64,000 bases of DNA from assembly GCA_048884965.1 (NCBI GenBank), contig JBHLQH010000002.1:98239-162238 (forward strand). The letters are read 5' to 3'. Shown here one piece after another: positions 37,767-48,100 of the stretch. The notes beneath the pieces were generated by a model. The model was not told the DNA's origin. It did no database searches and was given only the letters and a program-made list of their open reading frames with translations. The DNA is from Candidatus Thorarchaeota archaeon. Lineage in GTDB: Archaea; Asgardarchaeota; Thorarchaeia; Thorarchaeales; Thorarchaeaceae. Every line of letters begins with the position of its first letter. The first letter of the stretch is position 1. Position numbers and translations under genes: made by a program.

Positions 37767-40139
37767 CTATAACCTGTGGAAGGTTATCGCAATCTGATCA
37801 GAAAGCGGAATCAAACGTATTCGATTACTGGGAGACTCTATCCGAGAGATGACAGTACCTCCAAAGACCTTGACCATGTGCAGTGGAATATGCTCAGGGA
37901 GGGAAACCTCCATTTCTTCAGGCAGTTGCTCCATAATTATCTCAATCTGATGTTGATTAGCTGAAACACCTGTCGCTAGGGAAATATCTCCCAACCTACT
38001 AGGCAGGTTCGTTATTGAGAGTGCTCGCTCGGAAGTAAACCAATCCTCAGGAATTCCAGAGAAGATATGTAAATTAGTACCGAATTCGTAAATCATCATA
38101 TCCCTTAGTAACAGCTTGAGATCCGCAGCTGCATTGATACTACAACCACTTCCATGAGTGCCTCCTTTCGTCTTTGGGTCAATCCAATCAGGAAGATAAT
38201 AGAAATTCGAAAGGTAATCGGACATCCTTGCAAGGATGAGCTCCGATTCGTGTCGCATCCCAAGCAATACGAAAGCATGAGCGATTCGTAGGGCATGGTG
38301 ACTTGAGATTCTACCATCTTTCCCCGGATATCTTATTAGACCTCTGAAGAATCGTTTTTCGCGGATTCCATTTACAAGAGTCTCAAAGAGATCGTAGCCA
38401 ATATCAAAGTTCTTTGAAAGAGTGCATGCGCTTATTAGATTCAGGATCGTTTCAATATCTTCGGTTGATTCATAGTCCCATGGCTTTGTTTTAAGAATTG
38501 AATTGCAATCTTCCTGAAACATTTCGAGATAGCACTCAATGGATCTTGCAAATTCCTCGGATTTGTCACGAATTCTTGTTGTTGAGATGTAGACCCAATA
38601 CCGCTCAAGCAATTCCCCAAGTGTTACCTTCCTTTTGGAAGGAACTTGAGAAACCACCACTTCCCTTTGTATGGATTCAATTGAAGGAATATCCTCAAAA
38701 TCAGGGTTTACATCAACAGAGGGGGCTCTTGGCACTGAGAGTGATTTCGAAGCATCTTCTCTATTGTTGCACGCATCTATAATCTCCTTGATGATCCTAT
38801 GCATAATATTCTTGAAGCTTGTAATCTCTTCAGACAGTTTGATGTCGGGCCAAAGAAGCTCCATTTCATTGATGACCCACAAAAGCGGTGTGAGTCTGAG
38901 TGAGTGTGCGACAATCTCATCCTCATTTCTAAACTTGGAAACGAATTCAGAAAGAGCAGTATGTGAGATTTCTTCATAGCCACTCTGAGCGATAGCAAGA
39001 AGTATCCTTGATACCTCTCCGGACTGTAGAACGATGTCTTCAAGTGTTAGAGTACTGATTACTCGACGAATCTGAATCACCATCGAAACTACAGCCTGCG
39101 CAGCAGCATTCCCAAGTTCCTCATCAGGGTATTCCCCAAAAGGATTCTCATCAGTGAAGTCGAACCATTTTGAGAGTGCGTTGTCCCGCTCACCGTAGAA
39201 TGAAGTGGGCTCGAGTAAGGGATTGTCACTTGTGGTATGGAACAGAGGTGAAACGAAGATGAGCTTCTCGCGTCCAGCGGGTCTAAGCTTGATATCATAT
39301 CTGGCAATGGCGGTACCAGTTCCCCTTGCAGAGCTATAATCTCCATCAATCCGATTATTCTGATGAATCGTCTGTTCAAGGTTAGGATCGTCAAATGTGC
39401 TCATTGCAAGTGTACTAGGAGAACGATCAAGCTTGATTGCAAGATATTCGTTGGAGTAGAGACATAAAGTGGAAGGGTCGTAGACGAGGCTGCTGATCGG
39501 CAGTACACCATTCACCGATGTGGGACGCAGCGCGGCAAAAAAAGTGAAGTCAACAGGTTCGAGAGCAGCATTTTGAATATTAATCTCATTAATGATGAAT
39601 TCCTGGTCGCCCTTTGCTGCATGGTAGACTAAACGTTGGAATGTGACAGGTCCAATTGCTATTATCCATTCATACATCTGGTCTTCCAGTGATACGAGCT
39701 TGAATAGAGAATCTTTGCCTTCCAATAACGCAGGATAGATGATTTCAGAGCTCTCTGGCCAGAATTCGATGGATCCGCAGCTCTCTAGGATTGTCGTGAG
39801 TCCATGTGAATCTGAGATAGCGAAGTTCTGACCTCCAGGAGCGCCTATCAATGCCCAGTTTCGAAGAGTGTCATTTGGAAAGTAACTTGGAACCTTCTCC
39901 TTTCGTCCACCTTCCCAGATTCGTGAAATTACCCAATTTGGGAGCATAGGTTTCTCCACATTCGAAAACAAGACCCCATTTAGGCCGGCTCGAATTGCTG
40001 CGATCATTTCCCTAATGGGCATCTCCTTGCCTGAAGGTATCTCAATCCTATTTCGCAAAGCGACTTCCTTCATTCTATCTAGTACACTTCGGTCATCAAG
40101 TATCAAGAGAAACACTCCTGGCAGGTGGTCAGGACACAT
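37767..40139 (-). CDS. Large protein resembling (alpha/alpha)6 glycoside hydrolase/phosphorylase families
   Basis: RNW..IG N-terminus, P.T.GG..G.G motif, LRDM...E...LHIFSGIPEDW, LPSRLG C-terminal sandwich. Confidence 0.55.
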   Translation of the reverse strand: MCPDHLPGVFLLILDDRSVLDRMKEVALRNRIEIPSGKEMPIREMIAAIRAGLNGVLFSNVEKPMLPNWVISRIWEGGRKEKVPSYFPNDTLRNWALIGAPGGQNFAISDSHGLTTILESCGSIEFWPESSEIIYPALLEGKDSLFKLVSLEDQMYEWIIAIGPVTFQRLVYHAAKGDQEFIINEINIQNAALEPVDFTFFAALRPTSVNGVLPISSLVYDPSTLCLYSNEYLAIKLDRSPSTLAMSTFDDPNLEQTIHQNNRIDGDYSSARGTGTAIARYDIKLRPAGREKLIFVSPLFHTTSDNPLLEPTSFYGERDNALSKWFDFTDENPFGEYPDEELGNAAAQAVVSMVIQIRRVISTLTLEDIVLQSGEVSRILLAIAQSGYEEISHTALSEFVSKFRNEDEIVAHSLRLTPLLWVINEMELLWPDIKLSEEITSFKNIMHRIIKEIIDACNNREDASKSLSVPRAPSVDVNPDFEDIPSIESIQREVVVSQVPSKRKVTLGELLERYWVYISTTRIRDKSEEFARSIECYLEMFQEDCNSILKTKPWDYESTEDIETILNLISACTLSKNFDIGYDLFETLVNGIREKRFFRGLIRYPGKDGRISSHHALRIAHAFVLLGMRHESELILARMSDYLSNFYYLPDWIDPKTKGGTHGSGCSINAAADLKLLLRDMMIYEFGTNLHIFSGIPEDWFTSERALSITNLPSRLGDISLATGVSANQHQIEIIMEQLPEEMEVSLPEHIPLHMVKVFGGTVISRIESPSNRIRLIPLSDQIAITFHRL

Positions 40140-40269
40140 CCTAGGGTTTCTACGTGATTGTATTTATGTTTCATTTGGATGTCATAGGCATTGATGGATG
40201 GTGAGAGAACGTAGAAGATGACAATTCGTTAAACCTCAGATTCGTAGGCGAATAGACTAAAATAACTAG

Positions 40270-42039
40270 ATGCGACTCATATCTTTGGGATGGGATATGA
40301 GTGAGAAGGAAGCAGCCATCGATGAATTACGAAAAGGCGATGTAGTAGGATTCAGAATCGCTGTGGAAGACTTACTAAGGAATCAAGGATGGGGAGGTGT
40401 GCATGAAACTCTCTCTCTGATACAGAGGGAATCGGGTCTTTTCCGCCAAGCAGTCGCTGAGCTTCTAGATCTCAAGCCACTGACAGGCATTGAGGTCTTC
40501 CCAATTAGATGTGTATTTGGTTTCAAAGGACAGACCCTAGAGGAGTTGAGAGAATACAGCTACCCTATTATTACGAAGTCAATAGAGGAGCAAATAGCAA
40601 GTGGGAATACTTTCTTCCTCGATGTAGATAGACTACTAACTTCACCCTATGCATATCTAATTCCTGACATCGTAATGAAGAGGAAAGAGGAAATCGAGAA
40701 CCTACAAGATGGCTTTTCGATTGACGATGTGATAAGGACCTACTATGGGTTTAATCTGCTATTTCATGTACGTCTCATCAACAAAGAACCTGAGGTACCT
40801 TCTGGAATCAGTGGCAGCTCGTTTGAGAATATGATTAGCAAAGTTCATGAGATTTGCATGAAACCACCACCTCGGGAACATGAGGGAGAAATATTCCCCA
40901 ACTGCGCGGTAGACACAAATCTACTGCTACTGAAATTAATGAGCTTGTCATTCAGTTTCGAACCGTGGATCCAGCATCATGCTATTTCAGGCTTGAGAGA
41001 ACAGGGAGACCCGAGGTCTATAGGATACTTGAATGAAGTCCTTCGTTCACCCGATAATCATATTGTCACAGCGGTTGTTAGTGCTATGGCATCCTGTGGA
41101 GAGCCAGTATCTCGATTGGTCACAATTCCTGAGATGAGAAACTCTTCAAACATTACCAAGATATTCTCCAGAATGGATAGCTATGAGAAGAAGATAGGAG
41201 AGAATGTAATAGAATCTGTTCTTAATAGAGGCAATTTCGGAAGCCTGATTGAGTTGCAGCTTGTAGAAAAAACATCGATTCTTGATGAATTTCAACCATC
41301 GGATATTAAAGAAGTCATTGAGAGAAGAGCTAGTGAAATGGGATTTAATCCCGATATACTCTCATTAATCTCCTCTGAAGAGGGTAATCGAGACAGAGTG
41401 ATAAGTAAGGTCAATGACCTGATATTTGAAAAGAATGTAGGTGTTACCTATGCAAGGGTAAATGCACAATTTGGCCGAGGAGTCCTTCCTGAAAGAAAAT
41501 ACTCGCCTCTGAATGCCGAACATATCGTGTGGTCCCCTACTCTGATGTCAATTCCAGAACTGCGGACAAATATCTTGGCAATCCTACAGGAAGCACAACC
41601 TCCAGATCGGCTCTTGGCATTTGTGCTCGTACAGCCAAGATTTGAGGCAGCAAGAATCGAAACCGTGTTGGCGCACATCCTGTCTTCTGCAAGTCCTTTT
41701 GAGGAGGAAAGAAAGATTATAGCAAATTGCGGGTTAGGTACAGTGAGTACAAGCAGTTCTTTCCCATTTCTAGATCTTGCTCAATTCAGGTCGGTGTCAG
41801 GACACCCACTTGGCCTAATTGGAGTAATAACTCAATATGCCAAAACTGCAAATGTATCAGATAGCTGTGTCGATCAACTACAAAGACTCTTTGATACAAT
41901 CGTGTCATTCCTTCAACATCCTGACACTCTTGATATCCTTGAATGGCTAAAGTTCGAGATGAGCTGGTTCAGGTCGTCTATTGGATACAGGCATCGACCA
42001 TTCAGAAAATCGCCTGAACCTCCTGATTATTTCATTTGA
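40270..42039 (+). CDS. HEAT-repeat-containing hypothetical protein
   Basis: AISGLREQGDPRSIGYLNEVL....V...VVSAM HEAT/PBS-like repeat. Confidence 0.65.
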   Translation: MRLISLGWDMSEKEAAIDELRKGDVVGFRIAVEDLLRNQGWGGVHETLSLIQRESGLFRQAVAELLDLKPLTGIEVFPIRCVFGFKGQTLEELREYSYPIITKSIEEQIASGNTFFLDVDRLLTSPYAYLIPDIVMKRKEEIENLQDGFSIDDVIRTYYGFNLLFHVRLINKEPEVPSGISGSSFENMISKVHEICMKPPPREHEGEIFPNCAVDTNLLLLKLMSLSFSFEPWIQHHAISGLREQGDPRSIGYLNEVLRSPDNHIVTAVVSAMASCGEPVSRLVTIPEMRNSSNITKIFSRMDSYEKKIGENVIESVLNRGNFGSLIELQLVEKTSILDEFQPSDIKEVIERRASEMGFNPDILSLISSEEGNRDRVISKVNDLIFEKNVGVTYARVNAQFGRGVLPERKYSPLNAEHIVWSPTLMSIPELRTNILAILQEAQPPDRLLAFVLVQPRFEAARIETVLAHILSSASPFEEERKIIANCGLGTVSTSSSFPFLDLAQFRSVSGHPLGLIGVITQYAKTANVSDSCVDQLQRLFDTIVSFLQHPDTLDILEWLKFEMSWFRSSIGYRHRPFRKSPEPPDYFI

Positions 42040-42175
42040 CTTTCTGATATAGATACGGCGTTCACCGATGCGGTTGCCAAACCTTAATAGCATATCCTAG
42101 GCGATTTGGTACATAAGCGAAAGCTTGTAGTATCAGATAATCCTAGTTCGAATCCGCGTCACATGAGGGATTTCT

Positions 42176-43402
42176 ATGGCAGAAGTCTTCACAAAGCCTT
42201 CCCGGCGTATCACAAATATGGTAGCAAAGGAACTACGACTCATAGTTAAAGATAAGGTAGCTCTGATGTTGATATTCTTGTTACCTGCAGTACTCATAGG
42301 GATGCTCTACTGGGTCACAAATGAAAGTGATATGGGGGGCATTGACATGGGAGGCGGAGGATTTGGTGGTGGTGGTGGTGGGGGCACCGGAGACACAACA
42401 AATGTTACAGATATTACTGATGTAGCCACCAACACGACAGAGGAGGAAGACGGTCTAAAAATTGGACTAGTAGACCTAGACACGACACGTACGTATGATG
42501 GACCAGATCTGTCTGAGAACTTTACGTCTTCGTTAGAGAGTTTCGTTGATGAATTGATCATCTACGAAACTGAGGACGAAGCATATCGCGATCTGTATGA
42601 GAAGAAGATAGCAGGCTATGTCGTGATTCCAGACGGATTCGAGCAAAACCTCACATTGAACGTGCCAACCTATATCGAAGTGCATGTTGACGCATCGGAC
42701 TTCATCGGGGAATCAACAGTCCAAGGAATTGTATCTGGAGCCACGATTCTCTTCAGAGTAAGCAAGCTCTGGATTCGATCGGAGGTGTTCCCCAATATGG
42801 TGATAGAGTTCTCTCCAGAGGGCGGCTACTTAGAGAGCGTCTTTGGTAGCTTTATTATTGTGTTCTCAGCATACCTGGGAATTGCCATGACTGCAGCGCA
42901 GTCGATTGTTGGAGATATTCCGTTGCGACGAATGTTATTGACCCCAACAAACAGACTGGAGGTTATTGTCGCAAAGGTGCTAGGATATGTCATCATTGGC
43001 TTCTTTCAATCATTACTACTGATCACATTGTGGATCATTGTCTTTGGACTGAACCTCAATACAAGCTTCATGACTTTGGTAATCATTATGAGCCTAATCG
43101 CGCTCACAGGATCGACAACAGGACTCCTCATATCATCAATATCAGGAACTAGACTGCAGGCGAACCAAATCTTCCTTTTTGTGCTATTTGGGTCGATCAT
43201 CCTTGCTGGCTTCTTTATCGATGTTGGGGTCCTTGACGAGATACTGCCGCTGAATCAGGGAATGAAATTACTCGTGGATACGGCATTCAAAGGATTGTCA
43301 CTGTTCGATGTGTGGCTCCCAACTGCGAAACTTCTCGGTTTCTCAGTTATCGCGGTACTGGCATCTTCATTCATCTTTGGAAAGAAACCGACTCTGGGGT
43401 AG
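42176..43402 (+). CDS. ABC-2 type permease
   Basis: KELR...D, large extracytoplasmic loop (VVIPDGFE), LRRMLLTP, 6 TM. Confidence 0.9.
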   Translation: MAEVFTKPSRRITNMVAKELRLIVKDKVALMLIFLLPAVLIGMLYWVTNESDMGGIDMGGGGFGGGGGGGTGDTTNVTDITDVATNTTEEEDGLKIGLVDLDTTRTYDGPDLSENFTSSLESFVDELIIYETEDEAYRDLYEKKIAGYVVIPDGFEQNLTLNVPTYIEVHVDASDFIGESTVQGIVSGATILFRVSKLWIRSEVFPNMVIEFSPEGGYLESVFGSFIIVFSAYLGIAMTAAQSIVGDIPLRRMLLTPTNRLEVIVAKVLGYVIIGFFQSLLLITLWIIVFGLNLNTSFMTLVIIMSLIALTGSTTGLLISSISGTRLQANQIFLFVLFGSIILAGFFIDVGVLDEILPLNQGMKLLVDTAFKGLSLFDVWLPTAKLLGFSVIAVLASSFIFGKKPTLG

Positions 43403-43411
43403 GTAGTTATC

Positions 43412-45106
43412 ATGACACAACGCATTGAAGAATCAATAGAAAAGGGCGAAGAAACGCCAGCCTTTGTCGAGGAAGCATACTATTCAGGTGCAAGAATCGG
43501 TGAAGCTATTGACTGGTGCCTATTGCGGAAGGATAGAGAGCTGCACTGCGAAATAGAAGGAAAGCTTACAGATTCAGATGAACAGGTCAAGTTTAGAGGG
43601 CGCATCATCAGCGTCAAGAAGGGAGTTCTACTCAGAAGGCTCTCTGTTGTCGTCGAGGAGGACCTGCGAAAGCGGAGGAAAGCAGACCTCGATAAAGTAC
43701 TTACAGTTGGAGGAAGAGGGTCCACAACCGAAGATGTAGCTGCCACGCAGATCACGGTGCAAAACTACCTCAAACGGAATATGTCAGACGATATGTTCTT
43801 CGATGGAAAGGAGTTACAGCAAGCCCATAAAGATATCATGAAAATGAGAGAGAACAGGCTGATTAAGTGCACAGTCTGGGGAAGGCGTGCATCGGATCGG
43901 CTGCCTATCGTGATTTCGGGAATCATCATATCAACCAACATTAGTCCACTTGAGCCATTCTTGCCAGAAGGATACCTCGAGGTGAGGGTAGAACCTGAGG
44001 AAGGTGTTGGAGATCCGAGAATATTCACAATAGCTCAACCTCAACTCCTAGTGGGACCAATTCGCTTTCGATCAGATCCGAATCTGATGATTTTTGCAAA
44101 TAAGGTATATGTCCAACCATCTTCTTGGATGGAAGCACCAGTCTATAGAGATGTATTAGAATGCAGAAATCTCACAGTGACTCTCAAGAATGGAAAGAAA
44201 CTGATAGAGAACGTTTCATTCTCAATCAAAGAGGGAGAAATGCTTGCGGTCATAGGTGAGTCAGGTGCTGGCAAGTCCACGACTGTCAAAGCGCTCATCG
44301 GTGACATCCCAAGCACTGGGGTTGCACGGATAGCTGGCATCGATTCTAGGAACGCTCAGAAAGTACGCTACTTCTTTGGATACTGCCCGCAAGACCTGAA
44401 CTATATGTATGAAACTTTTACTCCATTAGAGAATATCATCGCTTTCGGCAAACAGTATGATATCCCAGAATGGCAACTCACCCAAGAAGGAAAGACCCTC
44501 CTCCGTGACTTCAACATGCTCGAGAAGGGTAATAATCTAACCAAGGAGCTGAGTGGGGGTCAGCAGCGAAGGGTTTCTATCGCGATGGCACTGGTGCATA
44601 GACCCAAGGTCCTGCTCATGGATGAGCCCACTTCAGGACTGGATCCTGATAACAGAAACGAACTTTGGCAGTTCCTGAACCACATCAACCAAGAATATGG
44701 AACCTCCATGGTGGTCATCACTCATTACCCAATAGAAGCTGAGTTTTGTGACAAGGTTGCAGTATTTATGCGCGGGAAGAGCTTGGTAGCTTTCGGGTCT
44801 CCTGCAAAGCTCAAGGAATCAATGCCATCTCGAGGTTTCTCAGTTGGTATCGTCCTAGAGGAAGTAGACCCTCGAGCCCGAAAAGCTCTGGAGTCAGTCC
44901 CTGGTGTAATGTTCGTACTTCAACGAGGTGAGCTCTTGAAGGTCTTCACTGAGGAACCGCTACAAACCATCGCAGAACGGTGCGTCACGGAATTGAATGA
45001 GCGAGAGATAGCAGTCAAGATTGTGAAGACAAAAGCAGTCGCAGATCTGGTGGACTACTACATCGCTATTACTAGAGGACTCATCACTGGTATCATTGAG
45101 AAATAA
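43412..45106 (+). CDS. ABC ATPase with N-terminal tandem TrmB-effector-like barrels
   Basis: GESGAGKST, LSGGQQRR, LMDEPTSGLD; about 240-aa N-terminal extension with TVGGRGSTTEDV. Confidence 0.88.
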   Translation: MTQRIEESIEKGEETPAFVEEAYYSGARIGEAIDWCLLRKDRELHCEIEGKLTDSDEQVKFRGRIISVKKGVLLRRLSVVVEEDLRKRRKADLDKVLTVGGRGSTTEDVAATQITVQNYLKRNMSDDMFFDGKELQQAHKDIMKMRENRLIKCTVWGRRASDRLPIVISGIIISTNISPLEPFLPEGYLEVRVEPEEGVGDPRIFTIAQPQLLVGPIRFRSDPNLMIFANKVYVQPSSWMEAPVYRDVLECRNLTVTLKNGKKLIENVSFSIKEGEMLAVIGESGAGKSTTVKALIGDIPSTGVARIAGIDSRNAQKVRYFFGYCPQDLNYMYETFTPLENIIAFGKQYDIPEWQLTQEGKTLLRDFNMLEKGNNLTKELSGGQQRRVSIAMALVHRPKVLLMDEPTSGLDPDNRNELWQFLNHINQEYGTSMVVITHYPIEAEFCDKVAVFMRGKSLVAFGSPAKLKESMPSRGFSVGIVLEEVDPRARKALESVPGVMFVLQRGELLKVFTEEPLQTIAERCVTELNEREIAVKIVKTKAVADLVDYYIAITRGLITGIIEK

Positions 45107-45130
45107 TCCAACTAGCGCGGAGGAAAGGGA

Positions 45131-48100
45131 ATGTCACTACCACGAACGACAGCAATGTTCCTAATTATCATCATGTTATGCAGTTCCTTCACAACATTTA
45201 CTCCAATCCTTTCAGATTCCGATGATATCGTACGACCTGAAGAGAAACTAGAGCAATCCCTTGTCGGCAAGACAACCAGTTCTGAGGAAATTGATGCTGT
45301 TGTGAGCTATAATGAAGAAATGACTGAATATAAGATGGGTCAAGCTCGTTCGTTTACAGAGAATATCGCTAAGGTCGTGGAAGTATATGATGATCTCAAT
45401 ATGATCAGGATAAAGATAATTGGAACAGAACTTCTTCGTCTTGCCAAGGCTAGTTTTGTGTCACATATCTCTCCGAATGAGGTCCTACAAGTCAAGCAAA
45501 CAGATGCCTACTCCAGTAAAGCCCTAGCAGAAGATGAATACACATCCTTTGCAGAGCTTATCGGAGCCACTGATCTTTGGGAACGAGGCTATAATGGAAG
45601 CGGAGTCATCATCGCGGTCCTCGATACGGGCATTGATAGCTCTCATCCAGACCTTGACAATTTTGATGATAATTCCAGTACATCCAAGGTCGCAGCCTAT
45701 GCCTCTTTTGTAGAAGCGGACTCTCTGCCAACAGATATCCTTGGACCAGGGTCATATGCTGCATCTATTGCTGCGGGTACTGGTAATGCGTCTGAAGGTC
45801 GATACTCGGGCATCGCTCCCGGTGCGATCCTCCTTGCAGGAAAGGTGACACTGGGAGGTATTCTAGCACTACCGAGCTGGATCGTATCAGGAATAGAATG
45901 GGCATCCACCAATGGGGCAGATATCATACTGCTTCCGTTCAACACCTTTGGAGCACCTAATGATGCCGTGGCACAAGCGATCGCTAAAGTTGTGAACAAG
46001 GGGATCTTCGTTGTTGCAGCAGCGGGAGATGATGGTCCTGACTATCTTACTATAATGTCCCCAGGAGGAGGACTCGAGTGCTTTACAGTAGGAGCATATG
46101 ATCATGTGAACGGGGAGGTTCCTTCGTTCTCAGGAAGAGGCCCTTCATTATCATTGAACACCAAACCAGACCTGGTCGCACCGGGAGTAGGGATTGTTGG
46201 TGCGAGGATTGGTGGTGCCCTATCAGGACTCGGTCTTGGAGATTTCGATCTAGGTGGACTTGGTGGCCTTGGAGGACTCTTAGGTGGTTCTACTGGGGAG
46301 AATATCGATGATTATTACAAGGTCGCTGATACGACCGCAGCATCAGCGGCCATTGTAGCTGGTGCAGCTGCAATTCTTATGGGAGCCTTTGATAGAGCTA
46401 CGCCAATCGTTATTGGTAACGTCCTTAGAGATACTGCGACAAAGCTAGCGTATGGTGCGAATGACGCGGGAGCAGGTCTTCTGAACCTACGGGCGGCCTT
46501 CAACTATCTAAGTCAACGACAATCACCAATCGACCCACTTGCCAGAACAACAGGATCGGCATTGCTGTCCTTTGGATTCCTATCGGCAGCGGGAAATAAC
46601 GCCTCATCAATTCTGATGATGAGCAGCTTTGGCACATCTACCTTGGTCATGGATTCTAGGAATGGCAATATGGACATCCACATGCTGATGGGAACTCTCT
46701 CCCTCAAATGGAACGATATGGACCCGACAAGTCTAATGAACTTCAAGGTAAAGCGCGAACTACACAGTGTCACGCTTGAAGGTCTAACTGGACTTCTCAG
46801 CGGCCTTCTAGGAGGTGCTGGAGCTGGTGATCTCGGAGACCTAGGAGGACTCGGTGGGCTCGGGGGACTTGGAGGATTGGGAGGAGGTGATTCCAAGGGC
46901 TATGGTCGGTACGTTGGAGTTCTTTCGTATGAAGACGAGCTATTCGTCACACTCGTTGTCGAGTCATATAACTTCACAACGAATAGCACGCTTCCACTAA
47001 CGGCATTCAAGATAACTCCCTTCATCCTCAATGTGGGGAACATCCCAATAGATAACGTGAGCCTCTATCTAGGATACTCTCTGGATCTCTTTGGTGATGG
47101 AGAAGATGATCATGGAAAATATTCCCTTTCTAATCATCAGTTATTTGCCTATGGAATATCAGAGGATTATCGTGACTTCTATATTGGCATCAACTCAAGC
47201 AGGAAGATGGACGCCTTCGAAGTAGGGAATGCATCGGAGGTATCGTCACACATAACGAATGATAACTTGACAGGCTCCACGAATTTTGATGGAGAAGTAG
47301 GTCTTGGGATGAAGTGGGACTTTGGAAGAATCTATCCTAGGACTCCTGTTAACATTAGTATAGCAATGGGATTCGGTGAGAACAGAACTGTTCTAGATGC
47401 GTCTATTGATGCCATGTGGACAGCCGAACCACCCTCCAGCTACACCGATCAAGGAGACTTCCTGATTATCGAGGCAGATATCCCGCGAACTGCAAAAGCT
47501 GGAGAAACATATGAGTCACGTGCAATTATAATGAATATTGGAACTCAGCCCTCAGATGCTCTTGCTGCCCTTGCTATCATCAAGGACAACAATGGCTCAG
47601 GAACGGCATTTGTGCAGTACTTCACCTTTGATGAGATCAAGCCGTTCCATATCCAAGTACTAGAGGCTGAATGGCGACCTGAAACGAATACTATGCATAA
47701 TGTTGTATGGATATCAACTATTGGGCTTGAATCCTTGAACAGTATTATCTCAGACATCACGACTCTGGCAGGAGGAATCACATCGCTGGCAATCAGCATT
47801 CTCGATGACTTCATCCAACGTGATGTATTCGTAGTGAATCCTATCTCATCGGCATCTATCTTTCCAAAGGTCCTACCTTTTGGTCCGTTCGATGTACGAT
47901 TCCCTATCGATTTTGGTATGTATACAATTTCACTAGCAACGACTTTGGAGCTTGGGAACATGACTGTCAAGAACGTTGGCAATGCCGCAGATTGGGGCAA
48001 TGCAACGTTGAATTCAGTAGATAGTGTTACTGGGTTCTATAATTTCTCTATCTTCGTCCTCGTGCCGCCTGTAACAGTAGATGGGTATCATCGATGTGAT

